A DNA stretch of 56,397 bases, filler included, from Basidiobolus meristosporus CBS 931.73 (lineage: Eukaryota > Fungi > Basidiobolomycota): NCBI GenBank assembly GCA_002104905.1. It is 3 parts of 3 records of this genome, joined end to end, with 100 filler letters (N's around TTAATTAATTAA, not from the genome) between each part and the next. Parts side by side here need not be neighbours in the genome. Positions count along the whole stretch, not along the records: positions 1 to 20,416 come from MCFE01001006.1; 2 more parts are not named here. The stretch is one strand, 5' to 3'. The notes beneath the pieces are model-generated. The model was not told where the DNA came from and did not search any database. It was given only the letters and a program-made list of their open reading frames with translations. The position numbers were made by a program, and so were the translations under genes. How positions within the stretch are numbered: the first letter of the stretch is position 1; the number at the start of each line of letters is the position of its first letter. This document shows, one piece after another, positions 1 through 11,799 of this stretch.

Positions 1-2111
1 TTGTTCCCTGGTCCAACTAATGGTGTGAGGATGGCCGACGGGCATCTACCCTATGGTAGTCCGGCTAGGAAACCACAATCGCTTCACGATCGATGATGCC
101 ATGATTACCGAATCACCGAAGACTTGTGGAGGTCATCAAGGGACCTTGAAAAGGAGCCTAATCCTATGGGACTGGGTAGAGGTTGAGTGAATTCATTCTC
201 TCCCGGGCACCAAACACCACCCAAAGCAGCCTTCTAGAGCATGCAGTACCGATGCACCATCATGCATTCCCAACATATGATGATGTTACAATGACCAAAG
301 CCACATGGCGTAGAGGGGGCGACCACAACAAATGGAACTGGTCTATTGGCTTCTGCACATCCATAAGCTCATATGCTGGGGAGGGGTCTTATCGGGGCCA
401 ACACAGGAATACCACCGGGGGGATAGCCATGAATCCCACCAGGATGATTTCATGGGCCAGACAAACGTCTCATCATGCAGCACGTCGGTTACAAATGGAA
501 ACGATCCGTACAGCGGTGATGAAGGAAATGGAAATTGCGATGGAGACGCAAGTGGAAATGAGCAGAGGTTGGGATTCGAATCCCTGCTAATCCACCATCG
601 AAACGTTCTGCCCTCGTTGGGCCGTCGCTGCGAGTGGCGGGGTTTCATGAAGGGTCCGTCAGTCTGCAGTTGCCATCTGAAGAAGCAGGTTGCTGAAATA
701 TGCACATCGGAATCCCTCCAGCCAACCAGAGGCCCCGGAAGCTCCGATTCCCCAATGATCATGGCATGCCCATATTAGGGTAAGCTGGATTGACTGCCCA
801 CGCTCTCGTGGCAGAACAGGTTGGACAGAGGGTAGGGCTTGGGTTAGGGTGAAGGTTAAGGTTGGAGTAGGGTTGAGCTGGATTGGATTGGGGTAGACCG
901 CATACCAAGTAAGCGATTTCCAGGGTTAGGTGTGTTGATAGCCTCGATCCCCAGTACAAGCTACCTCATTTCAGGGAGCTCAACCAGGACCTCAGCCATC
1001 TCAGGTGGGATTCGGACCACCGAGATGCGGAGCCATTCGGAGATCGGTATCGCCCCTTCCCTTCCTGGGGTATCGGCCTCTCTCCCTGGAGAACAGCCCA
1101 TTTCGACAAGTCGCCATATGGGCGGGAGAGCTGGTTATGATTTGGTGCGCCCACGGCTGTCCAACTACGCATTGGGAACAATCCAGTTACCATCTAGCCC
1201 GTTCAAGTGGTTGGAAAGAAGGTTAACGGTTGATCTGGGCATTTCCAGTTCGGCTGAAATGAAATGACACCTTCCATATGGGTACACGGGGTGGTGGGGG
1301 CCACGGGGGCGGGGTGAGAAGATGGGAGGTGACTATGGCTAACCCTAAGACGGGCATTGGACGACGAAGCCAATGGGTGGACCAATATCGCTTGGTCATC
1401 CACGAGATAGAGGCAGCGACTTGAGCGCCTAGTGGTTTTCGTATGGGACGGGACCGGACAGGAATGTTCCTATCCACTTCGTGCCCACCCATCTCATCTA
1501 ATCTCATCTAGTTTTTCACAAATCAATTCTAGTGGTGGGAACCCACCCCCCCCCTAATTTATGGCCTGGTCCGCGTAGCGTATCCATACTACATGGTGCT
1601 TTTATACTTAAAAAATGAAGAAAGTGGTGAAGAAAAGAGGCGATACGAGAAAGTGGTTCGCGGGAAGTGTGGAATAGGAAGTACCCCCCCGTTTCATTAG
1701 TGGGTGAATCAAGGAAGGTCGCCTTCCTTGCTCGCTTTCAGTCTCATCGAGAAACGAAAAAAAATACAATAAAATAATTAGTTTTCAATGCTCCCCAGGG
1801 GATTTTTCCGGGAAGGCGCATTGGGCCTGTCCGCGAGGGCGAGGGCGATTGCGATGGAGGAAAATTCTGGAAACCGTGGGACTATTAGCTGGCAGTGAAA
1901 TGGTGTGTACATCAAAAATTAGGAACCATGAAGAATTGAAAACTGATGATAGGAACGCCTATGTCGAGATTAGTGAGTTTGGGAAGTGTGAGAACCAGTC
2001 AACACCATCTTTGGATCCCGGTGCGTCAAGGACACATCGAGTTAGTCTGACCGTCTGCTTGATGTCCGATTAGATATACAGGTGCCACGTTTGATACCTC
2101 GTCAACGAGTC

Positions 2112-3221
2112 TTACCTTCTGCCCTGTTTGAGTATAGCAACTTGCTGTCGCAAATCCTGGATCTCTTGGCTTAGCTTGTTCTGCCCCTCTTGTAGTTGTC
2201 GGATGTATTCGATAGCTAGAGAACGAAATGATCGGCTCTTTAGTGGATCGCTCGGTACCGACAAAGAATAAATACACCTACACTTGCTGAGGATTTCCCA
2301 TTTACTCGTCTTGATGTTCTTGTCAACTGGCAGGTTGTCTCTCAGCTCGTCGAATAGATCTTTCATCTCTTTTCTACGCTTTCGTTCGGCTAGTTTGTGA
2401 GATACTTTCAGTGCGGGAGTGCGCGAGTACGGACTAGTCTTGTCGCCATCGGCGGGCGGGGGAAACACATATGACGAATGTGAGGGGTCCTGGTCCGCTC
2501 CCCGCTCGTTCATCAAACTTTGGTGAGGATAGCTGATGACTGGTAATGAGGCCCTTCTGCCCATCATGTGTTCGTGGCGGAAAGCTGGCCGGTCCAGAAG
2601 GTGGTGGGGTGGTAGAGGCCTGTCGTGAGTAGAAGGCGGAGATTTCTCCGAGTACTCACTTGAGTACCCCTCGATCTCTTCGATTTTGGGCAATTTCAAT
2701 GACCCTGAAGCTGCGTTGATGTTATCGGTGGGGTTTCGTGATGATCCGGAGAAGGGGAAGACCTGTGGTGGCGGTGGAAGCGGGTCACATAGTGAAGCTC
2801 TCCTTTTGAATGCCGAGGCAGGTGTACTGGTTGAGATTGAACCAAACTCTTTTCGCTTCAGGCTCGAGGAATCGGTGGAAGAATATGCATCATCTTTGAT
2901 ACGCTTTTCTGCCTCACCTTGGTGGGCATAATTTGGAGTAAACGACTGAGAAAGTGAGGAAGGCTGTGCTTCGCGTGCTGCCATATGAGGCAGTGGCAGG
3001 GAATACGAGCTTCCAGGAAGACCGGCAACTGAGTGTCTACGAAAAGGAAAGCTTTGCTCCGGCTGCAAGTCAGAGCCCAGACGTGGTAGGTGAGGAGGGG
3101 GCAGTGGTTCACCGCGAGCCTCGTACCTAGTGTTTGCCTCACCATAGCCGGCAGAGCTACGCTCAGGATAGTCATGGTGATTTTGTGGAAACGGGCCCAG
3201 ACGTTCTCCAGAATAATTCAT
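2112..3221 (-). CDS. bHLH transcription factor with C-terminal bHLH/coiled coil; one 66-nt intron at 2216-2281
   Basis: [25 protein letters not shown]...[17 protein letters not shown] is a canonical bHLH. Removing GTAGGT...CTCTAG (2281-2216) restores helix 2. First ATG is at 3221 (ACCATG); the ORF-track start at 3383 is non-ATG. The N-terminus is Pro/Ser-rich with RRASL x2 and RRHSV (PKA-type sites). Confidence 0.85.
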   Translation of the reverse strand: MNYSGERLGPFPQNHHDYPERSSAGYGEANTRYEARGEPLPPPHLPRLGSDLQPEQSFPFRRHSVAGLPGSSYSLPLPHMAAREAQPSSLSQSFTPNYAHQGEAEKRIKDDAYSSTDSSSLKRKEFGSISTSTPASAFKRRASLCDPLPPPPQVFPFSGSSRNPTDNINAASGSLKLPKIEEIEGYSSEYSEKSPPSTHDRPLPPHHLLDRPAFRHEHMMGRRASLPVISYPHQSLMNERGADQDPSHSSYVFPPPADGDKTSPYSRTPALKVSHKLAERKRRKEMKDLFDELRDNLPVDKNIKTSKWEILSKCRCIYSLSVPSDPLKSRSFRSLAIEYIRQLQEGQNKLSQEIQDLRQQVAILKQGRR

Positions 3222-5385
3222 GGTTTCGGGAGGCTTGGTTAAGCTGAAGACACCGGGGAGAGATCGGTCGCGGGGAGGAGCAGTAGGTTTCGTAGCACTA
3301 ACGGCACTATCAGGATTAGGGTCCGGGTATGGCTTCGTCAAAAATAAGTTACTTGAGTTAAAATCCACAGATCCTAATATCAAAGTAGCACGTTAGTCGA
3401 CCGACGAGTCGAATAGAATTCGGTAAGGGGGAAACAGAAAGCGGACTTGGTATTGCAGAGGTAGAGGGCCTGGAAAAGGGGGAAGAGAGGTGTGCTGGGT
3501 TTGCCGACGTCTAAACTGAGTGGACGGAAAACGTACCGAAGTCACTAGATTTCTGAGATGTGGTTGAGATCTCGGATTTGGCGATAGTATTGCTTGAACT
3601 GGAAGGTTGAGAAGAAGACGAATATGAAGGATTGAGCACACTTGACATTAAGATAGCAAGAGCTGAGAGGGGTGTGAACAAGAAGGGAAAAGAACGACCG
3701 TTAGACTATCAATGGGACTAAAGAAATAAATAACAGAGGAAAATAATAGAGCGAAGACCAGATGAAAAGCGTTTGATTTCCACGAGAGCTGAGTAGTCCT
3801 TTTTTTCTTAATCAGATGAATAATGGAATCACGGTCATATCGTGTGCTGATTCGGCTGATGTAGGTAGAATAGCGATATTAATATTTTAGAATATCATTT
3901 GATCCAGCATAATTTAGCGAATAGAACAATGGTTGGATTATTGGTAAAGATAATAGAGTGTCTCATGTGGCCAAATAGGAACCTAACCTCAACTAGCTCC
4001 TGATGAAAGTGGTAACCTTCATCAATTAATCGGATGCTCAGAGGGGGCGGATCAGTCCGTAGCGAGCTTGAGCATATTCCCGACCACAGGTGACAAAATG
4101 TTCGACGTGTGCATGGCAGAGGCAATTCCATAACACGTCCCCATACACTGCGTCTACGTACCACATTAGATTCAGATCGACTGATGGCGGCCGAATCTTC
4201 ATCTCATGGCAGCTGCTGCAGCCACGCTTCGATAAGTCAAGGGGTGTGCGGTTTTGCAGTGCATCTCAGATTCGCACTATACTGGCTCCCAGTTGGTGGT
4301 ACTTAATAAAAACATCCCAAAAGAAGGTAGTGCTTGCTGCAATGGCTGGCCATCCAGGGCACGTGATGCCGACTGATTCACCAAGATCAGGTCCGGATTG
4401 CGAAAACCAGTTGGTTGTGTTTAAAGATTGCCATCAGATCCGGCTTGGCTCTCCTTGAGCTGCGAGCATCAAACTGACAAGCAGTAAGCACCATGTTACA
4501 TCGGATGGAGCTATGCCAATAATAGCAACCCATCCGCCATACCGTGCATTCCCCGATGGCCAGCGGGCGGAGGCCTGGGTGATCAGAGCCGGGTGAGAGT
4601 GCCGCAGGGGTGATCACCTGCTGCGCAAGAAGAACGCACATGAGGGAAGTTTTAGGGATGGTTTGAGAACACCAAACATGGCTCAGACCTACAGACACGC
4701 TTGCTTGCACCGGACCGCATTGCACGCCAGCGATGAATCACACCTGGAATGGGGGCTGACAGTCTGCATGGAGAGGAGGTGGGCTGCCATCGCTCCGTTT
4801 CGGCAGGGATCCGTTCGGCTTGGTCAAGCGCTGCGCTTCCGCACCAAGCGCAAGGCCAGCAGCAGAATGGGACTGCGTGAAACTCTGCTGTATCAGTGTT
4901 TGAAACACTGAGCTGTGCATCATATTGGTCATCCTTGCAAACGCTCCTTCTTGCCAATCAGCGCTCGAAGGTGCGCGTGGTATTTCCAGGTGAAAGCTCA
5001 ACGCCATTGAAACCTCACCCCAAACCCCGTCCGACAAGCAACGTAATACGTGTTAACGATCATATTCGTAGAGATAATATTCTCGATATTTAACCAGCAT
5101 TTAACACACAAATCAAGTTCCACATGATCCATTCTGCCCAATCAATACATACCTGCGGGCTTGTTGGGGCCACACGTGCTATGCTGATGGAGAGCCCTCA
5201 ACCCGTGCTGTTGCCAGTCAATGTGTGGATTTAATCAAACGCCATATATCCGCGGGCGCTTGACGATCAGGCCCATCATCGTTTTTGCTACAAGTGGCGT
5301 CCGTTGCCGGTTGAGCACCTCGTGCGGAGAGAGTCATATTCATTCGGTACTAATACATAGCTTCAATGTCGGTGTAGACGCTCCG

Positions 5386-7143
5386 TCACTGTTTATTTAG
5401 TTTGGTGTCGAGTAGCTCATGTACAGCAGCTAACCGATTCACCAGTGGTGTGGCATTGTAGGGAAATATGTTGCGTTTCAGCGACGACCTGATGGAGGCT
5501 TCCAGACTTCCGAACATTTCGTAAATCCTAACAATGTCTTCCTGAGGCACGGCAACCATGAAGTTTGCAAAGAAGCTCGCATCAAAAAACCCCCGTAGAT
5601 ATCGGACCAGGAATGTCAAGAAGAGCTCGCATGTTTCGGAAGATATCAAAAAATCCAACAGGATCTCGTAGTCATACGCCAGGGAATCGAAAAACCTCGT
5701 CACCACGTCATGGATAGTGACGAGGGGTGCAATCTTGTTGAGATAGGCCTTCCATTTGGCCGGGAGTTGAGCCCGAGTGGTTTCGTACTTTTGGAAGGTA
5801 AAGAGAACCCAAATCATGTCCGAGTCATCTCCAAATATCCGGAACAGCATTGCAGTGAAGCCAGGATCCTGCAATATGTCTACAGAGGTCGTCTAGTTTG
5901 TGTAGCAAACCCGATGTACCAAGCACTCTTACCTCGATATAATGTGGAGTATTCTTCCAGGCTGTGCAACATCTTTAGCTCGGTACTATTGTCTAATTCT
6001 TTATTCGCGACAGCATCCAGCAAGTAAAACAGTGTCTCTATGTGTATCTTGATGTATAGCTTTATGGTCTCGGCGTCAAATTGAAATTCCAGATCCGTGC
6101 GCATGTGGTGATAGAAGTTTGTAGTATTCGGGCCGAACACTTCATCTATGAGCCCCCGTCCTCTCAGTTTGAATAAAAATTCTCCATATGGCTTTAAACT
6201 AGCCAGCGCATTATCTATCTGTTTAACATGGTTTATAAGCTTATTAAGTAGCATACAGACCGCAGAGTACTTACAAGCTCATTGTCAGGATTCCATTTAA
6301 TGAGGAGGTATGTTAGCTGTAAGTACTTCCGAACCACCGAGATTTGCTTCGAGTCAATATTGCTGGCCAACTGAGAAGAACAATGAATGGATTGATCTAG
6401 TTGTATGTCACATAGCACGTTGTACCTCCAAAAAGTTGGTATTCATGTCTTCGATAAGTTCATCGAAGTTATCCTCCATTGCTCCGCCAAGCTTCCATAC
6501 CTTTAAAAGCCCAATAAGCAGGCTAAGGTATTCTGCTCGCGTTGTGGGCGGAATCTACGCAAACGAGTTTAGCAAATGCAAGAAGTGTGATAGAGTAGAT
6601 CCTGGGTACATTATCCTCCATACTGGCCAGCTTATGTATGATGTGGCCTTTTTTGAGGTTTTCGCTTAGACAGAAAGTAGGCTGATGGCCTAAAGTAGGG
6701 GAATCAGAATCGGCTTCTTTGCGTATCCGCTTCAATAATTTGCGTAGTATCTCGCTCAAAGTAATCGAGTAAAACTCTGGCTCCTGTCTATCTAGCCGAT
6801 TAAGGGAATTGCTCAGTGCCTCTACGACCTTCGAAAGGGCCTCGTCCAAAATGCCGGTATTTTCCTCCTAGATTTCATTTAGCAAGCAGGAGAAACTTAC
6901 GCAGGTTTCTAATGGGGTTACCTTCTCAGAGAGCAGGCCAATCCTCAGAGACAACTCGTTACCAACAGTAAATATCTGGAACCGATCATTTGAACAACGC
7001 AGATCTCTAAGCTACTTGGTCAAGAGAACTAATCGTGGTTAGAAAACATAGCCCTGTCAGTACGAAACGCGTTGCAAAAGTACCAAACTGTCGAATTTGG
7101 CTAGCTCGGTCACTGAAGAGCCACTTATTTTCTGCTCATTCAT
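5386..7143 (-). CDS. Lines (LINS1)-like protein, multi-exon; 5' end uncertain
   Basis: The last exon carries Lines-type motifs FGDDSDMIWVL, YDYEILLDFLISSET..FL..LVRYLR and IFPYNATPLVNRL. Upstream ORF pieces (5880-6254, 6523-6849) can be joined through ~53-56 nt GT-AG introns. Candidate ATG at 7143, although the ORF at 7436-7705 could be a further 5' exon. Confidence 0.7.
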
Positions 7144-7935
7144 GGTTGCAGTTCAAAGAAGAAAGACACCGAAAAAACATCGATATATCCAGCCAGCTGA
7201 GTTTGGTAATAGTGATTGATATTCATGCTGTTTGCAATTGGGATAATACAAATAAGATCGGTTGTTGGCACAATCGGCATTCGCTGGCTTTCCTAGATTA
7301 TTTAAACTGCAAGCTATCCGACGTGATACAGTGGAATACACATTTCACCAATACTGGGATGAGAGCGGAGAGTGTACGACGCAGCGTTGTGGTGATACAG
7401 TATGTAGGAAATAGACTTCTAATAAGACCTGATTGTCATACATGTAATGTTGTGCATGGTTGGTTGTGTGGGGGTGGGGTGGGTGCTGGATTGCCGAGCA
7501 TGGGAATTGAGACTGCTTTGAGGATGACTCTTTGCCTCTTTCGCACTGGTAGCGTTATTTCCCATAGAGTTTTCTGGCTACTCGGTTCCTGGCTCCCGCT
7601 TCTACGTCTAGGCCAAGAGGAATCCCTGCGGTCAAGCAGGAAGTCAAGAGCAGATACGAATCGATTCTGGGCAATTGTGTTAACCGACGATTCCCTGTTA
7701 TCCATCTTATCGAAGCCTGAGCTTATTGCCGACAGTCTCGCGGATTAATCGATAAGTTCAATCACTCCCCGACCTGTTTCAGCTGGGTGAATCGGTTTTG
7801 TTGTGGTGGTGTTTAGTTCGCTTTGGTGGATTGTGATGGTAACGTAATCATGCATCCAGGATTATGAACAAAACTGGTTTTCAGTCCCACTGCCGCAACC
7901 AAAATTAACACCCTAACCTTCCCTAACCTGTACAT

Positions 7936-8565
7936 ATGACTTTACCAAAGAGAATAACCAAGGTCGGACTTTTGAAGGTCACAGTGGCTTGTGGCAACCG
8001 AATGCAGGCTAACTTCGTGATTTTAGGAGATCGAGCGTTTGATGGCAGACCCCGCACCTGGGATTTCCGCCACACCACACGAGGATAATTTAAGGTACTT
8101 TGATGTGGTGGTGGATGGCCCCACGCAATCCCCTTACGAAGGTAAGTCTTCTTCGGGCAGCAGCACATGGACCGAAACTGACGCGATTCCCTTGAAGGGG
8201 GTGCTTTTAAACTGGAGCTTTTTCTACCCGAGGACTATCCTTTGTCGCCACCCAAAGTCCGATTCTTAACCAAGATATTTCACCCAAACATCGATAAGCT
8301 GGGCCGCATCTGCCTGGATATCCTGAAAGGTAACGGGTGATGCCCGCTGAGCTTGTTGTGGTGCGCCTACTAACTTCCGACTGCAGATAAATGGTCGCCG
8401 GCCCTTCAAATCCGCACTCTACTTCTATCGATCCAAGCGCTGCTGTCCGCTCCTAATCCCGATGATCCTTTGGCCAATGACGTAGCCCAAAATTGGAAGG
8501 ACGACGAAAAGATGGCCATTGCGACCGCTCAAGAATGGACCCGATTGTATGCTGGCAGGGAGTGA
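7936..8565 (+). CDS. UBC13: Ubiquitin-conjugating enzyme E2 Ubc13/UBE2N; 4 exons (7936-7962, 8027-8141, 8198-8329, 8387-8565)
   Basis: The spliced product reads [34 protein letters not shown]...[51 protein letters not shown]. Three GT-AG introns of 64, 56 and 57 nt with CTAAC/CTGAC branch sites. Confidence 0.96.
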
Positions 8566-9489
8566 GCGGTCCATCCTTGGCCGACATCGGCTTTTGTTCT
8601 CTTGCTATCAGAGTGATCCAATGTACTCCTGATGTTGTGACATAATAAACTAGTAACCATCAACTGGGCCCATTGAGTATGGCGTAAGGGCGAGTGACTG
8701 GGTGCCTGTGTAGCGCTGGCTACGGCTGGTCGGGTGATTTGGCCTGGTGGGAACACTGGTCATGCAATTCCGTTTATTTCAGAGCCAAGAAGCCTATGAT
8801 TTCCAAAGATCACTGCTCATCTAACGAGACCCAGGTCTTGGCTTGATGCGGCAGCAAGAGGATACAGGTAGCGGCATAGAACAGCGGCGGGAAATGGGCA
8901 TTCATTGGTTTCCCAATGATGCTTTTGTAACATGATGTGATGCGCAATATGCATGTATCACCGTCAATCAACAGCCATTTCAATCGAATTCTCATGACCT
9001 GCAAGGTGGTATTCTGGAAAGACATGCACTTGGGATACATCACCGAGGATCGGAAGCGAGACATGCTTACTTGCTATTGGCCATCCTTATCTTCTATAAG
9101 CACTAGACATGGAGCATTCAGAGAATTGAGCCGGAAGCAACCTATGCAAGCCTCACGACAATTTAGTCATCACTCCCCCGCAATACGGAAGCGCACGCTG
9201 TGGTGTGGACGCATTCACAGCAGACTTGATCCCACCACTATAAAACCAACCGTGTGCAGAGGCTCCCACCAGCTTGCACGAAGATTGACCGTACGAGCTA
9301 CCAACCGGATCTCTGCAAGTTCGGTCCGACATTTAGTGAATTTACTGGGCGATCTGTGAGTTGCGCGATTGGAAATTTCGCTGTGTGAGAAACTGCGTCG
9401 ACATCGGAACCGAATAAAACCAGAAAGGTGGATGCATACCTAGATACCAGTCCTCTTCTTATCTAACTTAGCCTTTCAAAGTGAACCCA

Positions 9490-11211
9490 ATGAAGGCTAT
9501 CTCGCTCATCACTCTGATCAGCTCGATAGCTTTGTCCGTCGTAGCTCGTGACCTCGATTACCCCTTCGCCATCGTCCATCAAAGCCCCGAAGGTGGTTGC
9601 AAGGTCGAGTACGAAGGAGTTCAAAGAAATCGTGTTTTGGGCGCTCTTACTCCAGTGAATGTGGAGAAGAGGAGCCTGGTGGACGATCATCATTCGGGGC
9701 CCCATCTGCACTCCGAAGAAACCAGCTATGAGATCAGCGCCATCAACTCCGAGATACTTGCTCGAAAGATCCAAAGCCTCTGCAAGACTGTTGAAAAAGA
9801 GACTCTACAGAAGCGCCAGAGCGTTGCTGGCGACGAGCTGATCCCCGTGGTCCAAAACGGAGACCCAAAGAACCGTATTGATGTTGTCTTCATGGGCGAT
9901 GGCTATCAGGCATCGGAGCGGGTTAGATTCATCGATGATATCAAGCGTCTGACAGACGAGATGTTTGTTGGCCACACTTTCAAGTCTTGGTTGCCACTAT
10001 TCAACATTTGGGGTCTATTCAGACCAAGTGTCGAGTCGGGTATCGGCGTGGGCGGCGTTCCCAAGAACACAGCATTCGGCTTGTACCGAGACGGAACTGA
10101 GCTGCGTGGTGTTTATTCTTCTAAGGTTTCTCAGGCGAGAGCAGTCTGCAACGGCCTGAAGACCGAGAGCAAGTGTGACTATCCCAGTTTGATTGGCAAC
10201 GATGACTATTATGGTGGCTTGGGGGGTGAGTTCATCATATCCACTCGCTCACCTACCTCAGGTACTATTGTGCTTCGCCACGAAATGGGGCACAACTTCA
10301 TCAATGTCGGCGAGGAGTACGACGGCGGAAGTGTGTATAGTGGCGTAAACGCGGCCACCTCCTTGACCAACCTGGGATGGAAGCATTGGGTGACTGGCGA
10401 ATTGAAGGAGCAGATTGCAGCCTTAGTTGTCCAAGACTACTCCTGGTACAACCTTGCCAAGGGTCCTTACAAAATCAACTTCACCTCAAAAGGTGGATTC
10501 AAGCGTTGGTACCTGACAATTACAGTGTCAGGAGCTGAGGCGGATGATACCTTTGAAGCATACCTGGATGGCAAGAAGCTTGCTTGGAAATCCTCCGGTG
10601 TGTTGGACCGCTCGTTCTACAACTGGATGGACCAGAACTCCACGTTATCCAGCGGTAACCATGTTCTGGAATTCCGCCAGGGACGTGCACCAGGATCCGG
10701 AAAGCCAATCAGGCAGCTCTGCTCTGTTAGTATGTACGAGTACGCCGGTGAGCCGGAGTTCCACTTTGACAATCAATATATCAACGCATACCCGACCTGG
10801 TCCGATACCAAGAGAAAGACATACCGCCCAACAAATGAGCTTTGCCTTATGAGAAACATGACCAGCGATACATTCTGCTCGGTGTGCAAAGAGGGGATGT
10901 GGCAGCAATTCCTGGCCAAGGTCACCCTCATTGATTCATTGGTTGCTAACCCATCGGGCGACAACATCAACTTCAAACTAACCCCGATCCCATTGGCCCA
11001 ATTCCGCCAGAACCCGCTCCCTGGGGAGGTCTACTCAGTCACGTGGACTCAGAATGGCAAGGCCAGAGAGGACTTGAAGGACAAGTTCGAATTCAGCTTG
11101 CCCTCCTCCACTGGGAAAGGCCAATGGAGCGCTACTCTGAAGCTAACTACTCCAGAGGTCCGTAAGGATGCCAGAAACCTTCTGGTAGCTACCAAATCAG
11201 TCACCGTGTAA
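9490..11211 (+). CDS. Secreted M64-family (IgA peptidase-like) zinc metallopeptidase, intronless
   Basis: 573-aa ORF from ATG 9490. Hydrophobic signal peptide MKAISLITLISSIALSVVA and a pro-region ending LQKR. M64 motifs: NRIDVVFMGDGY, HEMGH (HEXXH), GEEY and CLMRNMTSDTFCSVC. Strong C-ending codon bias. Confidence 0.85.
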   Translation: MKAISLITLISSIALSVVARDLDYPFAIVHQSPEGGCKVEYEGVQRNRVLGALTPVNVEKRSLVDDHHSGPHLHSEETSYEISAINSEILARKIQSLCKTVEKETLQKRQSVAGDELIPVVQNGDPKNRIDVVFMGDGYQASERVRFIDDIKRLTDEMFVGHTFKSWLPLFNIWGLFRPSVESGIGVGGVPKNTAFGLYRDGTELRGVYSSKVSQARAVCNGLKTESKCDYPSLIGNDDYYGGLGGEFIISTRSPTSGTIVLRHEMGHNFINVGEEYDGGSVYSGVNAATSLTNLGWKHWVTGELKEQIAALVVQDYSWYNLAKGPYKINFTSKGGFKRWYLTITVSGAEADDTFEAYLDGKKLAWKSSGVLDRSFYNWMDQNSTLSSGNHVLEFRQGRAPGSGKPIRQLCSVSMYEYAGEPEFHFDNQYINAYPTWSDTKRKTYRPTNELCLMRNMTSDTFCSVCKEGMWQQFLAKVTLIDSLVANPSGDNINFKLTPIPLAQFRQNPLPGEVYSVTWTQNGKAREDLKDKFEFSLPSSTGKGQWSATLKLTTPEVRKDARNLLVATKSVTV

Positions 11212-11799
11212 TTCAACCAAACTCGCTGATGCCATCATGATACCATGAAAATTGAATTTTCCCATCAAATAAACCTCCCAAGCAACCAGATATGGCCCAT
11301 ATGACCAGCATCATACAGAGTGTAGATTGTGTCCGATTACGGTGAGCGTGGCACGCCATCCAGTCCCAAGCAGTGTCATCTACACCAGACAGTGTCACGC
11401 GGCATTGTTCTCGAATCGACTAGTTGCATTTCCCTTGTTGACAACGGCAGCATGGGTTAACGTATGCGCTTCATTGTATGCCACATTGCACAACAAATTC
11501 CAATTTTCAGGAATGCGCCGGAACATATGTCCACCTATCATTCCGGTTATCGCTCAGATGAGTCGGCCCAAAGCGGTAGGATGTACCTACCCATCCCATG
11601 TGGCAAGTGATCAATTTGGCATGGAGTCTTGCATGGATAATGATCTGGCGCCAATGCGAGCAGTGGGGGCATTTCCAACTGCTAAATGGAGTGCACAGCA
11701 TTAATTTGATAGCTAATCGCAAATACGAGGAGATTTCCCACAGGTCCATGATCTTCAGCAGCCTGGAAGCATCTTGTACTCCTTGGGGTTCTGGGTCAA

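Noticed and set aside
818-895. Telomere-like repeat
   Set aside because: Only one true TTAGGG unit is present, not a tandem array.
4090-5093. Cluster of 65-120 aa ORFs between the bHLH and Lines genes
   Set aside because: They overlap on both strands, mostly have non-ATG starts, and show no domain or splice-consistent model.
7035-7748. 237-aa plus-strand ORF
   Set aside because: GTG start, no recognisable motif, and it overlaps the 5' region of the Lines-like gene on the opposite strand.
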